Below, piece by piece: positions 28,633 through 41,218 of a stretch of DNA of 64,000 bases. Positions within the stretch are counted from its first letter, which is position 1. Each line of letters starts with the position of its first letter. Below the pieces are notes generated by a model, which was given only the letters and a program-made list of their open reading frames with translations, searched no databases and was not told the DNA's origin. The position numbers and the translations under genes are program-made. Location of the stretch: assembly GCF_037042905.1 (NCBI RefSeq), contig NC_087245.1, positions 13,146,001 through 13,210,000 of the forward strand, in the 5' to 3' direction. This DNA is from Lytechinus pictus. Lineage: Eukaryota.

Positions 28633-28706
28633 ATGGAGTGGACACGAATAGCAATTGGTCTCGTCATATTTTTAGTTCTACCACCCCACATCATTGGCCT
28701 TTGGTG
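28633..28706 (+). CDS. Wnt6: Wnt6 coding exon 1 (signal peptide)
   Basis: ATG in AAGATGG context; MEWTRIAIGLVIFLVLPPHIIGLW(W); donor TG|GTAAGT at 28707; phase 2 joins exon 2 to give the Wnt6-typical LWWAVGSPL. Not in the ORF track. Confidence 0.93.
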
Positions 28707-30142
28707 GTAAGTTTACATCGTATTCCACTCTTATTTTTTAACTGATATCACAAACTTGAATAGAAATGACTTATAACATTTTTTTCGTGATATTCTGTAT
28801 TTATATACCATCGTAGTTTTGGTATTTAACTGCGACGACATTTAGATCATATACTCATCTAAAATTGACGGAGACCTGCATGTTACCTCTTTAGAGACCT
28901 GGTTTTGTATAAGGTCAAACTAAAATGGACGATTTTTTAAGGTATATTTTGAGGATATAATCATGGGATGTGATAAACATGTCAAAGAATAATGGCAATA
29001 ATAAACGCACTTTCTTTTACCAGAAAATTATAGTTTTATATCGTGTAGATATAATCAGAATTCTTTTTCGCGTTGGCGTTTCCATTCTATTTAGTCCGGT
29101 CTGTTAGCGTCAAAAACACCCTACTTGTGGACACAGTGGACAAAAGCATGATTTTTTCTCCAGACCTTTGTTTATGTATGAGAATTAAAAATGGGGTATG
29201 CTCCAAAAAATCTGGCTGCAGGAACAGTGAAAAAATGGGTGAAAATGTCAGAATTTATGAGTTTAGATTGGTCTGATATATAGACTAGCGCTAGTGCAAA
29301 ACTCAATAGCAGTGCATTATTTTGCATTGGTTTAGTTCTTGAATTCAGACCCTTTTTGAACAGATATTCTGTTTGTCCTCACATCTCAATGCACTAAATA
29401 TCTGAATGCAGATGCTAAACAAGCCGAAGGGTGGCAGTGGAGGGGGTTGAATGTTGGTGTGTATGTACATATTTTGGTCTTGGGGTAAAGATGTGCAAGA
29501 CACATTTTTTGCATGTGTTGCCATGGTAACAGTGTATTATGGCAAAATAAGGTTACAAATCTTGCAGTTAGAACTACTTCCTCTGTTTTCATCCGATTCT
29601 CATGAAATTTGGCACACACATTGGTCTTGAGGTGAAGATGTCTAAGACACATTTTGTGTGTCTTTCGGAAATTTTGTTGCCATGGTAACAACATAACATT
29701 TGGTGAAAATTGGGGAAAAATCTTACAATTCAAACTGCTTCATCAGTTTTAAATCAATTCTCATGAAATTTGGCACACACATTGGTATTAAAGTAAAGAT
29801 GTACAAGGCACTTTTTGTGATTGTTTCAGAAATTGTGTTGCCATGGTAACAACATATTATATGGCAAAATTTAGGTAAAAACCTTGCAATTTGAACTACT
29901 TCATCAGTTTCAAACCAATTTTCATGCATGATATGGCTCACACATTGGCCTTGAGATAAAGATGTGCAGGAACCTTTTTTTTTTCATTTGTCAGAGAGTG
30001 CATTGCCTTGATAACCACATATAGCCAGAAATGCAGGGAAAACTCATCAATTGTGGATCAATCTACTTCTCAGTTTTCAGCCTGTGCTCAGAAAAGTTTA
30101 CACAAATATTCATTTTGGGTAAAGATTCACATTCAGTGTTAA

Positions 30143-30711
30143 AGGGGAATCCAGCCTTGGTCATAAAATGTTGTGTGGAAAAGGAGAAAAATAAGAATGG
30201 TGAAAGTTTGAAAGCAATCGGACAAGCAAAATAAAGTTATGGCTGCTTTAAAATTAAGATCCCTAAGGCTACTAGTATGTAGATTTCAAATTGATAATGG
30301 GTAAGTAAATTATGACAAGGGGTGAGGCCGCAAGGACAACTTTCCCATTGGCCTTGTACTTTGATTTTTGGTTTTCTCCTAAATTTCATTGGGGCCGTAA
30401 TATAAACCTGATAGTATAATGCTTTATGTCCTCATGGAAGAAAGATACAATTTAAAGTAAAACTTTTGAAAAAGACATTTTAGTCAATTAATTATTTCTG
30501 TACATGGAAGAGTGGTCCTTCCCTTACATCATTATGACATCACATGTGCGGCCAATTTGAAGTCTTCATGGGTATATAGTGATTACCAATGTTTACAACT
30601 CTTATATATTCACAACTTTCTTATGGTTTGTCCGATATTGTTCAAACTTTGACCTGTCTGATTTTTTCTTTTCCTCATAAAAACAAGTGTTTATTTGGTT
30701 TGGATTCCCCT
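30143..30711. mobile_element. TTAA-target MITE (Kolobok-like) nested in the left arm of the foldback element
   Basis: TTAA-AGGGGAATCCA...TGGATTCCCCT-TTAA; absent from the mirrored right arm. Confidence 0.85.
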
Positions 30712-30924
30712 TTAACATCATAAAATAGCGCAGGGTATTCATGGTATTAATCACCTTCAATAACATTTATAGGTTCTTTTTTTTTGGGGGGGGGGGGCGG
30801 AGGAGGTCCTTAAAAACTGAGCACCCCTTCCATTTTTTTTTTTTGGGGGGGGGGCCTTTAGAAAATTGCCACATAAAGAATAAAAGGAAATAATTACAAC
30901 TAGGAACTGACCCCCCCCCCCCCC

Positions 30925-30966
<42 letters not shown>

Positions 30967-32372
30967 AAGAAAAATCCTTAACACTTCAGCGTATTAATTT
31001 AAAGCCTAAAACATTCTGGTTTGATAAAAGATCATTTCCGGTGCCCAATTAATCAACGTTTTATTTATCTCCTTCTACTCAGTCTTTGTTCATTTCAGTG
31101 TTTACTCTGACTTTCTTACATCACTTTTTGCACTTTAGAGCTTTACCATACCTTCTTGTTTTGTTTCCTCCCCCCCCCCTCTTTTTCTCCCTCTCTAAGT
31201 ACATTTTTTTTTTCTATTTTAATTCATTATTATCTAGCAACAATTATTCAATTTTGAATGCTTACACCTACACTGAAATATAATACCATGACATTTATTC
31301 TTTTCTTCATAATCTTCTAAACTCTATTTTGGCTACACTCTGTCCTAAATTAGCTATATTTAATGTCTAGTTTAAAGAATTGAAGAAATGGCTGTCATGA
31401 TATTATATTTCGGTAAAGGTGCATCAAATTCATAGTTGCAGCATTCAGAATGGAATAACTGTTGCTTGAAAAAATGGATTTAGTTGTTTTCCGAAAATCC
31501 TCTGTGAAAATTTTAGTTATATCACTGAGTTTTCCCATTCCTGCAGTTACCACCATCTGAAAGGGATATGACTAGAATATATGTAGAGAAATAAAAGTCA
31601 TCATTTGCTCAATGAACAGTGAATACGTTCGTCCTTACTCCAATGGAAAATTATTTGCATTTTTTGTGACAGTCAGATCTTGCATCCAACAATTTTGCTA
31701 CTGAAACATAATATTCATTTTTTGACAATTATACTGAAAAAATTAAATGAAATAAAATTGAAGGCAAAAAATTATTGTGCACATATGCATATTTTTGATA
31801 TGGTATGCTATTGAGTCATGGATTTGCAAGTGAATTTCTAAAACAAGTGCAGAGATTTTTGTATATATATATATATTTCTATAATTAGTTGCATGATTAA
31901 AGGTTCACTTTATAATATGTCAGAAAAAATATACTTGGAGAGAAGAGAGGGTAAAAAAAGGAGAGAGGAAACATAAGATGGTATGGTGAAGCTCAAAATC
32001 AAGAGTGATGTGATATAGTTAAAAAGAAAGAGTAGGAATGGAATATGAATAAAAGACTGAATATGAGAATATAAATAAACAATGATTAATTTGCTACTGT
32101 AAATTTTTTTTTACCAAAGCAGAATGCATTAAACATCAAATGAATGGTCTGAACTCTGAAGTGCAAATGAATCTTCTTACCTTTTAATGGGGGGGGGGGG
32201 GCATTTTTCTGCTAAAAAAATATATCAGCCCCATTTGTTTGCGGGGGGGGGGTTAAGTTCTTAGTCATAATCCTTTAACTTTTACTTTTATGAGGTCATT
32301 TTCTAAAGACCCCCCCCCCCCAAAAAAAAAGGGAGTAATGTCTCGCTTTAAAATACAAAGACCCATGAGGGG

Positions 32373-32576
32373 CAAAGGCGTAGACTGGTTGAGCATAGGG
32401 AGATAGAAGTGGTATGGGGAGGGGTGCACATCTTGGGAAGGTGGAACTAAGGTTTGGAAAATCAGCCGTTGAAAGTAGAAGGGGTACACATTTTGTTTTG
32501 CTTGCCAGTGTTGGAACTCCTTTGCCAGAGCGGAAGGTTTCACATTCACCCAGTGTACCCCCAGCCTATGCCCTTG
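32373..32576. mobile_element. Decayed hAT-like MITE nested in the right arm
   Basis: CAAAGGCGTAGACTGG...CCAGCCTATGCCCTTG with TGAGGGG repeated at both junctions; no counterpart in the left arm. Confidence 0.5.
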
Positions 32577-35494
32577 AGGGGATGCTTATTTCAAGAGTGT
32601 TAATAGACACCGCCTTTAACCTTTATTTTGAGGTCAGATTTTAAGGACCAATCCCGCTCCTCCCCCAAAACCTAGAAATATTACTGAAGGTGATTAATAC
32701 CCCCACACTCATATATTTTAATGCAGTTTAGAATTTAATATGAATCTTTACCCAAAGATGAATATTTCTTCCAACTTTTATGAGCACTGACTAAAAAAAG
32801 GGGAAGTTGTTTGATCCACAATGAGTTTTCCTGCATTTCTGGCTATCATATGTGGTTACCATGGCAATATACTCTGACAAATGCACACATAAAATGGTTC
32901 TTGCACATCTTTACCTCAAAGCAAATGTATGAGCCAAATTTCATGAGAAATGGTTCAAAACTGATGAAGTTGTTCAAATTGCAAGGTTTTTACCTAAATT
33001 TTGCCATATAATATGTTGTTACCATGGCAACACAATTTATGAAACACATACAAAAAGTGCCTTGTACATCTTTACTCTAATACCAATGTGTGTGTCAAAT
33101 TTCATGAGAATTGATTTAAAACTGATGAAGCAGTTTGAATTGTAATTTTTTCCCCAATTTTCACCAAATAATATGTTGTTACCATGGTAACAAGATTTTT
33201 GAAAGACACACAAAATGTGTCTTAGACATCTTCACCTCAAGACCAATGTGTGTGCCAAATTTCATGAGAATCGGGTGACAACAGAGGAAGTAGTTCTAAC
33301 TGCAAGATTTGTACCTTATTTTTGCCATAATACACTGTTACCATGGCAACACAATTTCCAACACATGCAAAAATTTGTCTTGCACATCTTTACCCCAAGA
33401 CCAAAATATGTACATACACACCAACATTCAACCCCCTCCATCACCACCCTTCGGCTTGTTTAGCATCTGCATTCAGATATTTAGTGCATTGAGATGTGAG
33501 GACAAACAGAATATCTGTTCAAAAAGGGTCTGAATTCAAGAACTAAACCAATGCAAAATAATGCACTGCTATTGAGTTTTGCACTAGCGCTAGTCTATAT
33601 ATCAGACCAATCTAAACTCATAAATTCTGACATTTTCACCCATTTTTTCACTGTTCCTGCAGCCAGATTTTTTGGAGCATACCCCATTTTTAATTCTCAT
33701 ACATAAACAAAGGTCTGGAGAAAAAATCATGCTTTTGTCCACCGTGTCCACATAATTCCGCTAACAGACCAGACTAATTTAAGTTATGCAAAGTTAATGC
33801 ATGGATTACTTCAGAAAATCGAAGCGATTGCGTCAAGTTTTGGTTCACAGACTGTGGATAGTTTATAGTAAATTTATGTTATTCAATATCAATTGTAGAG
33901 CATATAGGTATTTTTATTGGCCTCTCTATACATAATTTTTTTTTTCGAAGATAATACCTGTTATGCTAAGGATGAAAATCCCTACGACAACCAATTAGAT
34001 ATCACGTTATGCAAAAGTTGATCACTTACTTCCCTATCATGTCTCCTATGAAATAGACCCTTCGTCATGTTCGTCCTCCATCATTATTTCTTACTCGTTC
34101 GCTTTCCTTTCGCTATCTATTTCCTCTGGAATATATATTCTGTTACCATGGTTACATTCTGGTAATGAACATTTTATTTTAGGTCTGGAACCAAGTGTAT
34201 CCGTTGAAAATGTAAACTTTTTAAAAAAGCTTTTTCTTGTGGGGTCCCACAAGGATCCCATTATTTGGCCTCATTTGGGTTTATTTGTATCCCGGATATG
34301 TGTTTGAGTCCCTAAAGTTGTGTTTCATTCACGAGATGATTCCTATAGATTCTTATTGATTTGTTTCTAAAAAATGAGAAAGTTTTGTGTATATAATCTT
34401 CAGCTGATTACTAGTTAATGTAGATTTGTGCGAACAGGATTAATAAACAATGTAATGATATTTCTATAATTATATACAGTGTTTGAATCAATAACACAAA
34501 TTATTAATTGTTATCAGATTTGTGTAATTCTCTTCATCGATTAAAGTTCCTGCAAGAAAAGCCAACACGTTGTAAATGCTACAGCAAATGAATGATTAGG
34601 AATGATTAACCCTTTCTGTTCAGTAATCGATATGTTTATACCATTTCTTTGATGGTGGGTGAAACCCAATGAGAAATCGATTCATTTTCAAGTTTGACAA
34701 ATTCAATTTAAACCCGCAGAGAGCATTTCATAAAGAGTCTTGTCAGTTTGCAGTAGCTCATGATATCTGTTGATGCAAATCGTCGACGAAACCCTTCGTG
34801 AAACATCTTCTGTATAAAAACTCTTTTTTTTCTAAAAGGATGTTTTTATGATAAGATAAACCAATAATTGAGGGGTTGTGGCGCATTTATGAGCGGCCGG
34901 TAAGATCATATTGAATTTGATATGTTCTGTATAATGCCATTCTAAAATACAAACACCAGTTAATATACGGTTATCCAATGGTTTTCAAAAGCAACCTGTT
35001 GATACCATTCCTAAACTCTTTATGACTGAATCATAATAGGACAGACACGGGTAACTACTATTTTACACTTTTACACTCGCGATGACAGAATGTCATTGTA
35101 TACGTTTGTCACTCAGATATCAGGAAACGAAAATGTCCAAATCGAATTTGCATGAGTAAGAATATGTGATGTTGGAATCATTAACGCTGAGTAATAGTAG
35201 TGAGATGTAGGTCAACGCGATTGTGATGACAAGCTAATATGCCCTATATTGACGCCATTGAGTGACCCAGTGAACACAGTTTCTTTGGACAGCCATGGAA
35301 AAAGGGCTCTTTTGTGAAGTAAGGGAATAATTTGGGAAATATTGTTTGGCAGGTTTTTACTTTTCGTGCTCTACACCGAAGCAAAGGAGTGCTCATGCAT
35401 TATAAACTTTGACAATTATCATAATCGGCCTTGAAGAGAAATCACTGCCGTATGCTGATAGCCTATTAACGTCAATTTATTCATTTTTTTTTTA

Positions 35495-36104
35495 AGGGAT
35501 GGCCCAGGCTGAAATTATTCATATCTCAATAAATAGAGTAAAATTTACAAAGCAAAATTCTGAAAATTTGATCAAAATCGGATAACAAATAACAAAGTTA
35601 TGGAATTTTAAAGATTTGCATTATTCCCGTGAAACAGTTCTAGGCATGCATGTCTTTATGAATATTCATTAGGTGGGCTGATGATGTCATATCCCCATTT
35701 GTTCTTTTGTATTTTATGTATTAAATTAGGTTTATTCAAAATATTTCTACCAAGAGCTAAAACAACTGGATTGACAACTGATTAAGTGCATTGGTTATTT
35801 ATTGCCGCAACTTATTTCATCATAATGGAGACACATCATTTACACAGTTATGTATGAAAAATGAAACATTTATGATTTCATGTAATAACACAATAAAAAG
35901 GAAAGTTGAGATGTGACATCATCAGCCTACCTAATCAATATTCATGACGATGTGCATATAACTGTTTTCACAAAATATTGATAAAATTTAAAATTCAATA
36001 ACTTTGTTATTTGTTATCCGATTTTGATGAAATTTTCAGCATTTTGCTTTGTGAATTTTACTCTATTTATTTAGGTATAAATATTTTCAGTCCGGACCAT
36101 CCCT
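35495..36104. mobile_element. TTAA-target MITE (Kolobok-like) with ~200-bp TIRs
   Basis: AGGGATGGCCCAGGCTGAAA...TTTCAGTCCGGACCATCCCT-TTAA; arms mirror, e.g. ATCAAAATCGGATAACAAATAACAAAGTTAT. Confidence 0.85.
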
Positions 36105-39100
36105 TTAAGGTTGTACTTTCAATTTTAATTTTTCAAACAAGACATATAAAAAGAAAAATGAAACAAACAGACAATCAAGTAAACAAATAAAGGAAAATTT
36201 GTTGAAGACCCTTTCCGATTGCTGAAGGTCATTATGAATTCGACATGTATTCGTTTTGGTATACAATTCATATTTTCCCGTCTAATTTAAGCCTTCTCCT
36301 TAAAATAAACTTGGTTGATGAACATGCTATTTTTTATATCAATAGGCCTATGGAAGTCCTCCACGGTAGGCATATATCTCTAGCAGCCAAATCACATTCA
36401 ACACCTCCCGCACAGTCATTTACCATTTCACATGCATGCAAATTGTAACTCATTACTCAACATGCTAAAATGGTAATGTTCTGTATGTGTGAGTGGGTGA
36501 GGGTGTGTGGGGAGGGTCCCGAAATATAGAAAATTGTAAAGCACTTTCAGGTATATCTTTATTATGGGCAACAGTATGCTAACATTCGGATCAACACAAT
36601 CAAAGGTAAGATAAACCTCGCATTCCTACCCGTCTCTTTACCAAACGTTGATGATTTTCAAAGCTAATCGTCACCCGTGGGCATTTATTTTCCATTATAA
36701 TATGATCCAACCAAGAGCCTCCGCACAAAGAAGAAGCAATGCTGTAATACCACCTTTAAAACCACCCATACGCACGCGGGAAGTTCAAGTTCAAAAACTT
36801 CGGCGATCGTCTGTGTGCGATAGAGTCCTCGCTCCCGCCTAAATGTAAAAACTTCAGATAAACCCCTCAAACAGGTTAACCTTACACGGTGGACGGCTCG
36901 CCGCGAGTCGTTTGTCACTTTTTACCGATCGGGGGAGTGATTTTTGAGGAGCGAGAGGTGACATTTGCTAATATTTTCAAAAAGGTATCGTTTTCATTGT
37001 GCCCCGATCCTTTCTTGCCAATCTCTCGTTCCGAATTTTCTTTTGTTAGGATCGGTCTCTTTATTAGGTACTTTCGGATAATTGAGAAAAAATTATGGCT
37101 CTCCATTTTTGAGAAGTCGTTTTACATTGAGGGAGGTGTGAGGACCCCCGAGTGATAATCAAAAATGAACCACCATGTCTTTATGATAGGGGTCAAAGAT
37201 CCCCAAGAATGCATTGGTTCAATTTCGTCACAAATCCGCAACTGATATTTTTCGAATGAATTCACATCCACTTTCCCTTTTTAAATGAAATCACATAAAT
37301 TTTCCCATTCCTATTTTGCATTGGTATAGCTCTTGATACGACGATCTTGAAATTTATGGGAAATATTGTAATTGAAATGTCTTTCATTATGCATTTCAAA
37401 TAATTCTGCGATACTTGAGTTGATGAAATCACTCATATTACTCAATATGAAAATCATAATGTAAATCCAATGAAGTCTTCATCTACATACACCCCCAAAT
37501 AAAATGGTTGATCGTTAATTTAAGCAATATTGACGTATACCCATTTGTTTTATGGTATACGAGAAACAATTTAGTTTGCCCGATGAAAATAATATTGTAG
37601 AATATTGCTTTGAATGAATTACTTTTAAACTAATTCACACTTAGTTTTTATGAAAATAATTATGGTGTTAAATTACGAAACCCTTCTATTCCTTGATTCT
37701 TGAAACTTTTCAATTCGCTTTTAAAAGTGGAAGTATTACCACACTCAAAATAATGTTTAAACCTGTTTAGATGGCTTATTCTATAAAAAAAAAGCAATAA
37801 AAAATAGCTCTCGGTTAAAATATGGTTCGTTTTATTGCAATTTTTTTAATCAAAAGTTGGTAAGTTTACATGTTAATAAGCCAGAACGCGATTAGAGTGT
37901 ACTGATCTTACCAATATAAGGCCAAATAAGGTTTGACAAAATATATTCATTTAGCTTCAGTTTACAGGTTATTCTTCTATTTTTAGATTTTTTTTCAATA
38001 GTATTTTTTTTGGAAGGTGCCCATTTTATAATTAGGTCTGTATTTTATCTGACACTCGTTTCCGATACTCTGTTCCACGTATTCTTGCTCGAAGAATGAC
38101 TTTTATGAAGAGAGGTAATATGGAGGGTATAAATTACGTAATCTTCAAAAATTGTGATTGCTTTTTTCAAGTGACTCATGAGTTTCGAAATGCTTGTGAA
38201 TGTGTCATTAAATAGATAATTCGACAGTTAGTAATTAACAGTACATCGACGATGGGACAAGCGGCTCGTTTATGGTCCCGTTTTACGACCGTTCCTCTTC
38301 ATTGTTTCCGTGCACTCAGAAGCCAGTTGTGGTCAATAAAATGTCGTGAAAAAAATAGTAAGGATTGGATAGGGTGGGATGGGAGGAGTACTGATAGCCA
38401 TGCTCTGTGACTCGTGCATATGTTATGACACATAGTCACAGCGAAGCAATATGATCTCACAAATTGAATTAGTGATCAATCATAATTCACGGCATTATTT
38501 TCGAGCAACAATTTCAATAATTGTAATTTGATATAATACAAACTGCAAAATAAGATAGGGTGACATTGCAAGCTAGCGTTAAGAGCAGATAATGTATTTA
38601 GCCGATGGTGGGCAGGGTGATCATTTTATTCTTTGCATGATTATTATTTCAAAAATAACTTATCATGAACTACAAAAATGCGTTTAATTCTACTGGCATC
38701 TTTATGAATTGCTCCATTATGAATCCATTAGTGATATAGTTCAATTGGCTTTGCTTGCCATCGGAAATGTGTGCTTTGACGAAGAATTCCCAATTTATCA
38801 TTGATAATGAATAGATTCAGATAAGGAGAATGGGTTTGAGATTATATAACTTCCTTTGCCTTAAGCACGTCACATTTATGGTTTGTCAGTCTTGGTTTAA
38901 TGGTGGTCATTTGGGAAGACCTTTAGCATTTTATCGTTGAATGTCAAACATTGATTGTCAATGTCATCGAGTTTGGACAATTCAACAAAAAATACACGTG
39001 GAAATTGCATTTGCTGTTAAATGATCCTTTGCAAAGATGTGTTCGAATCGGTTCAGTTCTTGCTTTAAAAAAGATGAGATCATATAGATAATGATCTGAA

Positions 39101-39479
39101 CTATGATATTAGATTAAAAATGAGATGCATTCGAATCGATCGCGAATCTTTATAAGATATGGAACGAGCTGATTACACACTGTGTTTGATTACTGCTATT
39201 TGGCAAGACATTGATCTACGTTGTCAGTCACTCTTGATCCAGTGAGGCAAATAGGCATCGGACCGATATGAATGTATTAATTGAAATACTTGAGCAACTC
39301 ATTGGTAGCTACCGTATCTTTGTACCGTTATATTATGCTTTATAACAAGCTTTATGAAACGGAATCCATTTGTTCTTTCGTTTTCATAAATGTTATGTCA
39401 CCGAGAAATGGGAAACGATTACAGGCCTTTATGGGAATTTAAAAAACTTATAATGAGCTTTAAATGGATGAATAAAATG

Positions 39480-39864
39480 GGTTTATTTCCAATTCGTCTA
39501 ATGACAATTTCTCTAATTGCCAACTCGTCTACTACCATTTGGTCCATCATCAGTTCGTCTACTCACCACATGGTCTACTTTCATTCAGTCCAATTCCATT
39601 CCGTCTAATAACCAGTTGGTTCAACAGCCATTTAGTCCATATACCATTTTGTCCAATTAAACGAAATGAATGAAAAGAAAATGGGCATTAGACCAACTGG
39701 TTATTAGACGAAATGGTAATAGACGAAATAGTGATTACACGAAGTGATGATTGGACCTAATGGTTGTTAGACGAAATGTAGACGGACGGAATGGCATTAG
39801 ACTAAATGAAGGTAGACCATGTGGTGAGTAGACGAGTTGGCAGTGGACGAATTGGCAATTTACC
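39480..39864. mobile_element. GG...CC MITE with short subterminal repeats (MULE- or Merlin-like)
   Basis: GGTTTATTTCCAATTCGTCTA...TGGACGAATTGGCAATTTACC with perfect 8-bp TSD ATAAAATG (39472-39479, 39865-39872). Confidence 0.8.
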
Positions 39865-39916
39865 ATAAAATGTACGTGTATACCGCATTTCTCTGTAGTG
39901 TACTTAACCATGTTAA

Positions 39917-40533
39917 GGCCCGGTCCCACTGCACTTACGGATGCAAAGAGGATGTAAAACGGAAAAAATCGTAACATCCGTTGGAAAACGCTATGCATCC
40001 GTTGTGTACTCATTGCAAACGTGTCCCATAGGCCTATGCTCTATCCATCGAGCATCCGTCCACTGGGATTTCATCCGCGCAAAAAAAGTTTTGAGCTGCA
40101 CAAAACTTATAGAACGGATGAACTTTCCGCCAGGTACGATGTAAATCCACAACATACATGACCTATACGACCAACAAAGTTCCATGTCCGTATCCGTCAA
40201 CCGTCCGCTATATCCTCTCCGCGTCCTCTGGGCATCCTCGCAACTCAGATCCACTGAGGCTGAACAACGAAAAGAGGGAGGAAAGATAAGGTACATGGAA
40301 CGTCTCGTCTATTCGTCGTTAGAAGCACGGAAATAGAAAGGATGTATGCGTATGCATCTCGTAAATAAAGTATTCAAAACCTCCAGTAACCACTTCGGAG
40401 CTGTCTGGATCTCGAGCGTATAAAACACATATATAAAGAGTACAAAACGGATACATAAAGTTTTCCTACGGATGGCAAGATTCTTTTCCGTTTTATATCC
40501 TCTCTGCATCCGTAAGTGCAGTGTGACCAAGCC
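39917..40533. mobile_element. PIF/Harbinger-type MITE
   Basis: TAA-GGCCCGGTCCCACTGCACTTACGGATGCAAAGAGGAT...ATCCTCTCTGCATCCGTAAGTGCAGTGTGACCAAGCC-TTA; TIR about 70 bp, TWA flanks. Confidence 0.85.
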
Positions 40534-40991
40534 TTAAATAGTCGTGGTTCGTCATACATTAATTTCTGTGATCCTTGGCTTGTCTAACCTTAATGGTTTT
40601 GATTATTATTGTATTAGAATAAGTAATTTAGATTTTAATCCTGGACAAAGTTACGGCAAAGTTACGAACTGCCTTAAATCGAATGTACTTTTTTATATCT
40701 CATCGTATTTCAGTGGTTGTATAATCTCTCTACTCTTTGTTATAGACCCAGCTTTACAGTAGTTCTATTGGTCCATTAATCTAAAGTATGGAAGGCCAGT
40801 TACACCAACATTTTAGTGTCTGAGGTTGCTTTGACCATTGACGCGCACTCTTGCTGGTTTACAAGGTAGTTGGGGGAAAGTTCATATTTTCTTTTTAGAT
40901 GAAGGATGATGACGTCGATGGCTTTCCATAATTTAAATTGAAGTAATCGTGATTCCTTTTAACATGAAACTCTGTTATCTCTTTCACGCAG

Positions 40992-41218
40992 GGCTGTAGG
41001 AAGTCCACTGAACTTCGACCCTAATCGAATCTGTAGACGATCACGGAAGCTCCGTGGTAGCAGCAAGCAGAGAGACATCTGTCTTCGTGAACCCGAGATC
41101 GTCCAGGAGGTCGTACGGGGAACGAAACTCGGGATGATGGAATGTCAATTTCAGCTCAGGCACGATCGATGGAACTGTACCACCATGCACAATTCTTTTA
41201 TTAAAGTTATCAGACATG
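40992..41218 (+). CDS. Wnt6: Wnt6 coding exon 2
   Basis: Acceptor CTTTCACGCAG; AVGSPLNFDPNRICRRSRKLRGSSKQRDICLREPEIVQEVVRGTKLGMMECQFQLRHDRWNCTTMHNSFIKVIRH; donor G|GTGAGT. Carries the Wnt ECQxQ..RWNC motif. Not in the ORF track. Confidence 0.96.

Larger units (their letters stand above)
29092..33776. mobile_element. 4.7 kb non-autonomous foldback DNA transposon with TIRs over 1 kb (possibly Academ-like), in Wnt6 intron 1
   Basis: Termini TAGTCCGGTCTGTTAGCG...CGCTAACAGACCAGACTA with 3-bp TSD ATT (29089-29091, 33777-33779). Arms about 29092-30925 and 32245-33776 are reverse complements with ~160-bp internal tandem units. Superfamily is an inference from termini and TSD length. Confidence 0.85.

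Noticed and set aside
29386..33533. Repeated peptides such as HLKTNVCAKFHENR on both strands
   Set aside because: Translations of the ~160-bp tandem units in the foldback arms; frames break between units.
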